A stretch of 64,000 nucleotides of DNA from IMG/VR virus record IMGVR_UViG_3300035183_000841, positions 20,710-84,709 of that record, one strand, 5' to 3'. The DNA is from a virus. A program made the translations under genes and the position numbers. Every line of letters begins with the position of its first letter. The first letter of the stretch is position 1. Of the stretch, positions 18,190 to 26,317 are shown one piece after another. A model generated the notes under the pieces. The model ran no database searches. It saw nothing but the letters and a program-made list of their open reading frames with translations, and was not told the origin of the DNA.

Positions 18190-18692
18190 TAAACAACAAG
18201 GTAAGCGCACTTCGCAAAAGGACATCGACGAAGTCATATTCGGTAGAGGTGAAGGTCAACAAGCCAGACTTCACCGAAGCCGTGTACATCCTCAACGATT
18301 ACCTGATGTCCGATGCGCAACTGAAGAATCTGATGGGTGGTCCGTTCGTAATCCAACCTATGGTCATCGATGCTCCTTCCGGTGGGCCGAGCACCCCGTA
18401 TATTAGGTACGTGTCCCTCCCCGCGATAGGCCCGATATGGAGGGTGAGAGCCGATATCGTCAGATACTACATAGGTAGTAAGAGCTATAAAGAATCTGGG
18501 AAGATCCAGGAAAGGTTGAAGGAGTTACTCATCGTAGATGACTCCCTCCCACCTTTCCCTCTGAAAAATGACAAATTCAAGATACAGTCGATAGACTTCT
18601 TAGGCGGCACAGCCCCTACCGGCCCCGACCAGGAAGAAGGCGTGATGGAGCGTGGTGTGAACGTTGCGATAATATACACCGTGCTATCATGA
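18180..18692 (+). CDS. Tail terminator protein (putative)
   Basis: Immediately precedes the tail tube gene. Confidence 0.5.
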   Translation: MAIVNNKVSALRKRTSTKSYSVEVKVNKPDFTEAVYILNDYLMSDAQLKNLMGGPFVIQPMVIDAPSGGPSTPYIRYVSLPAIGPIWRVRADIVRYYIGSKSYKESGKIQERLKELLIVDDSLPPFPLKNDKFKIQSIDFLGGTAPTGPDQEEGVMERGVNVAIIYTVLS

Positions 18693-18748
18693 TATTGACT
18701 TTTAGATACTCACACGACAAACTATGATTGCCAAGGAGGTGAACCAGG

Positions 18749-19288
18749 ATAGCAGTCACAATCAACAACATCATCGTGGGTGCGGGGAACCTCTTCATTT
18801 CCGCCAAGAACGTTGCGCTTGAGAGCCTGAGCGCCGCTGCCCGTGAGCCGTATCACGTCGGGGCAACGGTTGATGGCGTGGAGATCGCATATGAGCCGGA
18901 TTACACGGATATCGTCGTAGACCAACTGAAGGACGCCGCCATCATCTTCCAGAACGGTTTCCGGGTGACGGTTAGGACCCAGCTCGCCGAAGCGACCCTC
19001 GCGAACCTGAAGATGGCATGGGGCATGCCGGACTCTGCGCTTACGTCCAACAAGCTCAGCATCGGCGTTCCGCCGGACGAGCCAACAGAGAGGAAGCTCC
19101 TCGTCATAGGACGCAACCCGCAGGACTTCGAGCGGAGGTACTTCGCACGTCGAGCGGTAGCTGTAGACACATCATCGCACATGCTCAGACGGGCCGAAGC
19201 GACGCTGTTCCCCGTCGCCTTCCGCCTCCTCGGCGATCCTGCATACACCGGCTCCGAGTACGGGTACATAGAAGACGCAACCTCATAA
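18749..19288 (+). CDS. Major tail (tube) protein, apparent ATA start
   Basis: NIIVGAGNLF, GATVDGVEIAYEP, VDQL, LAEATLANL; AGGAGGTG 7 nt before an in-frame ATA. Confidence 0.82.
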   Translation: MAVTINNIIVGAGNLFISAKNVALESLSAAAREPYHVGATVDGVEIAYEPDYTDIVVDQLKDAAIIFQNGFRVTVRTQLAEATLANLKMAWGMPDSALTSNKLSIGVPPDEPTERKLLVIGRNPQDFERRYFARRAVAVDTSSHMLRRAEATLFPVAFRLLGDPAYTGSEYGYIEDATS

Positions 19289-19330
19289 CGGCACTCGGCT
19301 ACCACTCCCTCCTTTCCCTCCCGAGTGCAA

Positions 19331-19360
19331 AGAAGGGGCGACCGCCCGGTCGCCCCTTCT
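19331..19360 (+). terminator. Hairpin terminator after tail tube gene
   Basis: Perfect 13-bp stem AGAAGGGGCGACC / GGTCGCCCCTTCT. Confidence 0.7.
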
Positions 19361-19529
19361 CCTATGACCAGATTCGCTTTGGATGTTATCGGTGTGGATA
19401 TCGGACATTTACCGGATGTATGTCAGCACTGACGCAACCTGGACTTTTCATCGCTGTTACTGCTAACATTAGATCGACGAATACAGCTGAGAGGGCCTCG
19501 AACAGGTCCGGCGAAGGAGGTTGTGTGTG

Positions 19530-19853
19530 ATGAGTAACAAAGATCATGTAGCAAGGATAGAGTCGGCTATCGAATTCGCCGACGGGAAGGTTCGAACGGT
19601 AAAACCACTCACAATCAAGTCTCTACGTAAGTTCGTCAAGGTTATCGAGGGCCTTAACGTCGGCCCTGATACGCCGATGACCGATGAGACGATCGACAAG
19701 ATGGTAGAAGCGGCTACGATAGCGCTGGAGCAGATTGACCCAGAGCTCGCCCGCGACAAAGAGGCGGTGGAGTCTGCCCTGGATATGGACGTTTTCCAGA
19801 AACTCATGACGGTGGCGATGGGTAATCGCCTGATGGACCCAAATCAAGGGTAG
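19530..19853 (+). CDS. Tail assembly chaperone (gpG-like)
   Basis: Lies between tail tube and tape measure; slippery site near its end. Confidence 0.8.
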   Translation: MSNKDHVARIESAIEFADGKVRTVKPLTIKSLRKFVKVIEGLNVGPDTPMTDETIDKMVEAATIALEQIDPELARDKEAVESALDMDVFQKLMTVAMGNRLMDPNQG

Positions 19854-20167
19854 AGGGGGGAGGAACGAAGTTCGAGGACATCCCGCTAGCGAAGTTCGAA
19901 TCGGAGGTCTTCTGCGAGGTCGGGGCGTGGAAGAACTATGAAGAACTCGAGGAATATATGACCATGGATGAGCTTTTCCTGGCTTATGAAGCAGCTGCGG
20001 AACGCCAGAAGCGGCTCATGAAAGTCGTGGCTGCTGCACTTGGAGCGCCCTACGACGAAGGTAGTTCTTCTTCAGAGTCTTCCGGATACCCCCCGGGAAC
20101 GTTCGTTGATGACAAGGGCAACGTGGCACAACTATTCGGTTACAGGAAGGTGGACAAGATTGAATAG
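19838..20167 (+). CDS. Tail assembly chaperone -1 frameshift extension (gpGT-like)
   Basis: C CCA AAT heptamer at 19838-19844; the -1 frame is open from there through the 19958-20167 ORF. Confidence 0.78.
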   Translation, partial: PKSRVEGGGTKFEDIPLAKFESEVFCEVGAWKNYEELEEYMTMDELFLAYEAAAERQKRLMKVVAAALGAPYDEGSSSSESSGYPPGTFVDDKGNVAQLFGYRKVDKIE

Positions 20168-23100
20168 GCCGGTCATCGGCCACACGCAATCCGGCAAACC
20201 GGTATATCCGATAGCCGGAGGAGCGGTATCGGATAACCAGATTACGGTCGAGGTCCAGTTCTCTGCGGATCTCGGTAACCTTGAGCACGCACTCAGAACA
20301 GCCAACGCTCAACTGAACCAGTTGTCCATGACCAATGCGAGGGTCATGCAGACGACCGGCAAACTCTTGCCCACCCTTTCCGACCAGATCCTCGTCCTAA
20401 AGGCATTGGCTTCTGAGGGAGACAAGACAGCGAAGACACTTATAGATGTTGCCCACTCTCAGGGAGCCTTTTATACCGCCTTCTCGGGTAACGTCAAACA
20501 GAACCTGGCAGCTCTATTCAGGAGCAGGACTTCTTACAAAGAGTTCACCAAGCAACTCCAAGCGGACTTCGCGAGAACTGCAGTCATCAGCAACCAGGCC
20601 GGGCAAGCGCTCACGACGGTTGCCGACGATATAGCTCTTCGGTACCGGCTGATGGGCCAGGTCATGGTCGAGAACATCGACCGTGCCGCCACGAAGATGA
20701 TCACGCTGGGTAAACAGGCCCAGTGGGTTGGTCGTCAGCTCATCGTCGGTGTAACCGCTCCCGTCACCGCCGCCTTCTACATGCTGAGCAGAGAAGCCCT
20801 GCAATTGTCCAGGGCAGAAACGGAACTCGTCAAGTTCATGATGGGGACCGGTGAAAGCGCTTCCGAGGTGGCTGCGCGCATCAAGAAGGAGCTTATACCG
20901 CAACTTCAGCAAGTCTCGGTAGAACTTGGCGTTGCACAAGAAGAGACCGTCAACCTGGCGGCTTCGTGGGTTGCAGCCGGTTTCGATAATGAAGCCTTGC
21001 TCGTTCAGATAACCAAACTTACAGAGCAACTCGCAGCTCTGACCCAAGGCGACCTCGAACTGGCTGATGCTCAGGAACTCGTTAGGTCAATCATGGCTAC
21101 CTTCTTCGACCAGACCGAAGAAGGGGTGAGACAAACCGAGGAGGCGCTGCACCAGCTCCAGCTCATCCAATCAATCACTTCGCTGCAGATGGCTGACATG
21201 GCCAAAGCGTTGCCGCTCGTATCGTCGGTGGCGAAGACACTTAGTCTGAGTGTATCCGAGATTGCAGCGATGCTGGCCGGTATGCGCCAGCTCGGTGTGC
21301 AGGCTCCGGTAGCGGCGAACGCATTGAAGTTCGGACTAGCGAGACTGGTTGAACCTACTGAAGAAGCGAAAGCATCATGGGAGGCCCTCACAGGCACCGA
21401 TCTCGGCAAGATCCTGTTCGAGGGTGGCGAACCGCGAGGGCTAGCCGCCCTTCGCGACATCTTCAACATCCTTTCGAAGCTGAACTCAGAGCAAAGGACC
21501 CAGATGGCTGCGCTGCTGTTCGGTGCCCGGCAGTATGACCGATTCCTGAAACTCATACAGGCGATGAAGGACCCAACGTCCGACTTCGCCAAGGCCATGC
21601 TCGCCGTGCAAGACCAGACGAAGGCCGACTCTTTCTGGCAGGAGCAGCTGAACGCCGTCCTCGATTCCGCAGTGAAGAAATGGGAGCGGTTCAAGGTTCA
21701 GATCCAGGTATTCGCGGCTAGACTTGGTGAGATAGTCCTCCCCCAGATGGAGAAGGTCATCAAGGGGTTCCTCAGGATGCTCGAAGTCATCGACAAGCTG
21801 CCAGATTCGGTGAAGAGGCTTGCCGTGACCATAGCTTCACTCGCCGCCGCGATGGGTCCGCTCATCTACTCCATGGCGTTCATCAAACAGATCATCCCGG
21901 GCAACATCATCAAGATCCCTGCGTTCATCGGCAGGAAGATATTCGGTGTTCGTGGCGTCGAAGCTCCTGAAGCTACAGTTCCCGGGATAGCTGGTTTGGT
22001 CCTTGAGGGCGTACCCTTGCTCGGACAGCCGATCACTGCAGCAGAACTAACGATAGCTAAAGAGATGCAAGTTAGAGAGATAGCCAAAAAACTTGCATCT
22101 GCAGTGCCTGGAGCGAATATCTCGCGGAAGATCTTCGAACTTCCGACCAGCACGTTGGTTGCTGCTGCTGGAGGCAAAGCACTCACTAAAGAAGAACTTA
22201 GGCCATTAGCATATACCCTCTTTAGGGAGACTGAGTCTGGCAAGAAGGTGATGCTTTCATACAACAAGATAAAAGAAGCGCTTGGCATCACCATAGCTGA
22301 GGCTACATCGTCAGGGATAGCCTCAGGCGCGACCGCAGCGGCAACCACGAAGAAAGGCTTTTTCAACAGCATACGATCTGTGTTCAGTACCGCCACTGCT
22401 GCGGGGATGGAAGACGCGACGAAGAACCGCACGTTCATAGGCAGATTCTTCGCCAACATGCAGAGCGGATTCAGGGGTCTATTCGGAAGTTTCGAGACGA
22501 ACGTTGTCGCTGGTACTGGCGCTCAAGGCGCAGGGAGATTCGCTAAGATACTGCTCCAATTCACTTCTGCTTTACCGAAGATAATCCTACTTGTCACGGT
22601 AGCGATCGGCGTGATGGCGCACTGGCGCCAGATATGGGAAGGACTTGCCCCTTCGATCACCAAGGTGATCAAGATCCTCTCCGGAACCTTCACGAGGATA
22701 GCCGAGACAATCACGAGAGCCATCAAGGGGGCCGGTGACGGAGCGAAATCAACCAAAGAGATTTGGGTCGAGTTCGGCCAAGTTGTCGGAATGATGTTGG
22801 AGGGGATTGCGAAAAGAATCGACGAACTCTCCAAAGCCTTTGGACCACTCATCGGGTGGTTCGTCCGTATCGGTAAGGTCGCATTCGAAGCCATAGCTCC
22901 TATATTCAACTTGCTCTCCGGCGATTTCAAGGGGTTCATCACCGGCATCACCAGGGCCGGGAAGGGTATCGATGCTATCACCCGATCCATCGGCTACATG
23001 GTGGCCATCCTCACGGTCGCATACACCGCTTGGAGGGTTTACAACAGTCAACTTGTTCAAGCAACACTTGGCACGTTCGGGTTAACGGAGGCAACGGTAA

Positions 23101-25895
23101 GTCTCGGTACTGCCTTGAAGGGCCTCAATTTCTCAGGATGGTTGGCGATGTTCAGCTTGGTAGCGGCCGGGATCGAGTTGATCATCAACCTGTTCCATAA
23201 GAACGACCAGACCGCACAAGAACTCGCAAAAAGTCTATCTGAACTCACTGACGAGTTCGCTGATTTCATCAACAAAGCCAAGCAGCTCACCTCAGAAGAT
23301 GATCTATCACAGTTCGCAGAACTAGCGGCTCAACAGTTCGACACCCTCAAGAAGAAGATCGGTGATCTCGCAGTTGAGTTCGGAAAACTCAGACCAGTCC
23401 CGCCACTTATGGATCGGGTCATCGCAGCGACAAACGTCTTGATCCCGCTTATGGCCGATCTTAATGAACTTACTGCTGATCAGCTCAAGATTACGCAAGA
23501 TGTTTTCGCACAGAAACTCAAAGAGGTCGGCCTTGAGAGGCGGATGACAGCCGAGATTATCAATGAGCTCAAACTTCGCAGAGCAGCACTTATCGCTCAG
23601 AGAGATGAGATCGTTAAGAATGCACAAGCCTCTATCTATGATGACGAAAGTAGATCCAAGTTCACCGGTGAGGTACTGAAGAAGCAACTATCATTCATAG
23701 ATAGCCAACTCGATCAAATCGATAAACTCCTCGAAGAGCAGAACATCAAACTGCAACGCTTGAACATCCTGTTGCCAGTCTTCACGAGGCTGAACAAGAC
23801 AGCGTTCGAAAGCGCTTGGGCTGATAAGTTCAACGAGTCCATATCTTCGACATATTCACTGCTTGATAAGGCGAAGTTCGCCATCGAAGGTATGGGAGGA
23901 GCCGCCGATAAGACGAAGAAGAGCATGGAGGATCTCAAGGATACCCTTGCGAATCAGCTCGGCGATGTGATTGACCGGTTCGTATCTGCCGTCCTGGAGT
24001 CTTTCGATAGGCAGACCGAGTCCATGGTCGATGCCATGCAGGCCAGGATAGACAAGGTTTCGGAGTTCTACGACAAACAGATCGAGAAGATTAATGAACT
24101 GAACGACAAAGAGGACTGGCTCCAACAGCAGAGGGAGTACCGCCAGCGCCGGGAAGAGCTGCTTCGTCAGATGGAACTCAACTCCGCCATCGCCGCACTG
24201 GAACGCCGCAAGGCCATCGCGATGGGCCAGTTCGACGAAGCGAAACTCATCTCCCTGCGCGCACAAGCCGACCGTGAGGCTTCTGAGCGACAGCTCAAGG
24301 AACTCGATGAACAACACAAACGTGATGTCATCCGCAGGCAGCGCGAGTTGCGCATCAAGGAACTCCAGGCGGAGAAGGAACGCAAGGTTGCCCTCCTCGA
24401 AGCGCAGCAGGAACAACTACAGAAGATGCGGGATGCCCAGCGAACAGTCCTGCAGAACATGCTCGATGACCTCACTGAGTTCGGTGCTCGCAACAAGAAA
24501 GAGTGGATGAATCTCAGGGATGAGATCCTCAAACTCGTCGACAACTACGGCATCAACCTGAACGAGATCAACAAGACCCATATGGAGGTATTCGGGCGCA
24601 ACCTGGCTCAAGAGTTGCGCGATGCCTTCCATGATGCGCAGATAGAAGCATCTCGAAGTGCCGAACAGACAGGCAAGACGATCGGCAACTCATTGGCCGA
24701 AGGTGTGTCGCAGAGCGAGGCGTTGAAGAAAGTCGATGAGATGTTCCAGAAGGTCAAAGAGTACGAACAGCGCATCAGGATGCTCAAGGCCAAGGGGATA
24801 CTCGATGAGGCAACCGCAACCCAGTTGTGGAACAAAACACTGGCCGGCATCAAGAAAGACATATACGAATTAACCCATCAGACATTCCACACAGGTGGCT
24901 TCGTTGGTGGCCGTGGAGAGGTTCCGGCCATACTCGAAAGCGGAGAATACGTCCTCCGTAAAGAAGCAGTTCAAGCCATCGGCAAGGCGCGGCTCGATCA
25001 GATAAACGACAACGAGCCGAGACGATACCACTTCGGTGGCTTGGTGAGAGCTTCATCTGCATATCTCACTTCAGGTATCGGTCAGATGATGAGCCTGTTC
25101 GGGTTCTCCGCCGGGCAGAGGATCGGGACCGGACTTGGCGTATACCTCATCAAAGCTCTGGTCGAGAATATCGCCGCGAGAGCTGGTGAGGCAGTGAAAA
25201 ATGTTGCAGTGCAAACGTTCAAGGGGAGGGGGCCGTTCAGGACGTTCCCTATCGCTGGAACGAGGAATTACAGTTACTCCGATACGTTCGGCGCACCAAG
25301 ACCTGGCGGTAGGACGCACCAAGGTATCGACATCATCGCACCGATGGGCACGCCGGTGGTCGCTACCTTCCCGGGGTTCATAGAGAGGGTACCGAACGAA
25401 CTCGGTGGACTTGCGGTTCATGTAAGAGGCTCGAGGGGTTACACGTACAATGCTCACTTCAGTAAGTATGGCAAGTCCGGTAGGGTAGGAACAGGGGATG
25501 TCATCGGATACGTGGGGCAGACCGGTAATGCCAAGTATTCGGTGCCTCACCTCCACTTCGAGTGGCACCCCAACAACGGCCCAGCAGTCGACCCGTACCA
25601 GTATCTGAGAGCCGTTGACCCGAAACTGAACCCGAAGATGCACACCGGCGGTATCGTGAGGTTCAACACCCCAGCCATGCTTCACTCAGGAGAGACGGTC
25701 ATCCCGGCAAGCGTGACGAAGGCTCTGTCTCGTGCAGGTAGCCAGCCTCCTGTGGTGAACGTGAACGTGACGATTGAGGGTGACATCTACGGAGACGAGA
25801 ACTCTTACCGCAGGCTCTATGAAACGCTCGAGCGGGTCGGTAACAAGGTTGCACGGCAAAGGGGGGTGGATAACGTCTACCTGACGATCGGTTAA
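20160..25895 (+). CDS. Tape measure protein with C-terminal M23 peptidase domain
   Basis: About 1900 aa, Ala/Leu-rich and helical; HQGID ... YNAH ... HLHFE M23 motif; TTG start at 20160 inferred. Confidence 0.92.
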   Translation: MNRPVIGHTQSGKPVYPIAGGAVSDNQITVEVQFSADLGNLEHALRTANAQLNQLSMTNARVMQTTGKLLPTLSDQILVLKALASEGDKTAKTLIDVAHSQGAFYTAFSGNVKQNLAALFRSRTSYKEFTKQLQADFARTAVISNQAGQALTTVADDIALRYRLMGQVMVENIDRAATKMITLGKQAQWVGRQLIVGVTAPVTAAFYMLSREALQLSRAETELVKFMMGTGESASEVAARIKKELIPQLQQVSVELGVAQEETVNLAASWVAAGFDNEALLVQITKLTEQLAALTQGDLELADAQELVRSIMATFFDQTEEGVRQTEEALHQLQLIQSITSLQMADMAKALPLVSSVAKTLSLSVSEIAAMLAGMRQLGVQAPVAANALKFGLARLVEPTEEAKASWEALTGTDLGKILFEGGEPRGLAALRDIFNILSKLNSEQRTQMAALLFGARQYDRFLKLIQAMKDPTSDFAKAMLAVQDQTKADSFWQEQLNAVLDSAVKKWERFKVQIQVFAARLGEIVLPQMEKVIKGFLRMLEVIDKLPDSVKRLAVTIASLAAAMGPLIYSMAFIKQIIPGNIIKIPAFIGRKIFGVRGVEAPEATVPGIAGLVLEGVPLLGQPITAAELTIAKEMQVREIAKKLASAVPGANISRKIFELPTSTLVAAAGGKALTKEELRPLAYTLFRETESGKKVMLSYNKIKEALGITIAEATSSGIASGATAAATTKKGFFNSIRSVFSTATAAGMEDATKNRTFIGRFFANMQSGFRGLFGSFETNVVAGTGAQGAGRFAKILLQFTSALPKIILLVTVAIGVMAHWRQIWEGLAPSITKVIKILSGTFTRIAETITRAIKGAGDGAKSTKEIWVEFGQVVGMMLEGIAKRIDELSKAFGPLIGWFVRIGKVAFEAIAPIFNLLSGDFKGFITGITRAGKGIDAITRSIGYMVAILTVAYTAWRVYNSQLVQATLGTFGLTEATVSLGTALKGLNFSGWLAMFSLVAAGIELIINLFHKNDQTAQELAKSLSELTDEFADFINKAKQLTSEDDLSQFAELAAQQFDTLKKKIGDLAVEFGKLRPVPPLMDRVIAATNVLIPLMADLNELTADQLKITQDVFAQKLKEVGLERRMTAEIINELKLRRAALIAQRDEIVKNAQASIYDDESRSKFTGEVLKKQLSFIDSQLDQIDKLLEEQNIKLQRLNILLPVFTRLNKTAFESAWADKFNESISSTYSLLDKAKFAIEGMGGAADKTKKSMEDLKDTLANQLGDVIDRFVSAVLESFDRQTESMVDAMQARIDKVSEFYDKQIEKINELNDKEDWLQQQREYRQRREELLRQMELNSAIAALERRKAIAMGQFDEAKLISLRAQADREASERQLKELDEQHKRDVIRRQRELRIKELQAEKERKVALLEAQQEQLQKMRDAQRTVLQNMLDDLTEFGARNKKEWMNLRDEILKLVDNYGINLNEINKTHMEVFGRNLAQELRDAFHDAQIEASRSAEQTGKTIGNSLAEGVSQSEALKKVDEMFQKVKEYEQRIRMLKAKGILDEATATQLWNKTLAGIKKDIYELTHQTFHTGGFVGGRGEVPAILESGEYVLRKEAVQAIGKARLDQINDNEPRRYHFGGLVRASSAYLTSGIGQMMSLFGFSAGQRIGTGLGVYLIKALVENIAARAGEAVKNVAVQTFKGRGPFRTFPIAGTRNYSYSDTFGAPRPGGRTHQGIDIIAPMGTPVVATFPGFIERVPNELGGLAVHVRGSRGYTYNAHFSKYGKSGRVGTGDVIGYVGQTGNAKYSVPHLHFEWHPNNGPAVDPYQYLRAVDPKLNPKMHTGGIVRFNTPAMLHSGETVIPASVTKALSRAGSQPPVVNVNVTIEGDIYGDENSYRRLYETLERVGNKVARQRGVDNVYLTIG

Positions 25896-25897
25896 CC

Positions 25898-26314
25898 ATG
25901 GCCATATCACTTCCCAAGGGATCACTGATAACGATCAACTCCACACAACTGAGCGAGCACAACAGAAGTGCGATGCAGTTGCAGCGGGAGATATTGAAGT
26001 CCGACCAGAGAACGGTCACTGGCGTGATGCGTAGGTATTTCATCGGCCAGAAACGCCGGATAGCGATATCGTGGGAACGGCTACCCGCACTCGACAGCCA
26101 GACCGTAGATGGGAAGACCGGTAGGAATTCGCTGAAAGCCCTCTACGAAGCTAACATCGGCAATACTGTGACGGTATCCTATTACGAGGTTGACTCTAAC
26201 AACAATCAGACGCAGGTGACGTTTACCGGATTCATCGATTCATATGAAGAGACGCTGCTGAAACGCTACAGTTCTCAGCTTTGGGACGTGAGTATAACCT
26301 TAGTGGAGCAGTGA
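25898..26314 (+). CDS. Distal tail protein (putative)
   Basis: Follows the tape measure; typical size. Confidence 0.6.
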   Translation: MAISLPKGSLITINSTQLSEHNRSAMQLQREILKSDQRTVTGVMRRYFIGQKRRIAISWERLPALDSQTVDGKTGRNSLKALYEANIGNTVTVSYYEVDSNNNQTQVTFTGFIDSYEETLLKRYSSQLWDVSITLVEQ

Positions 26315-26317
26315 TGT

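Noticed and set aside
20040-20159. ORF-track start of the tape measure gene
   Set aside because: Overlaps the chaperone frameshift ORF; TTG 20160 is more plausible
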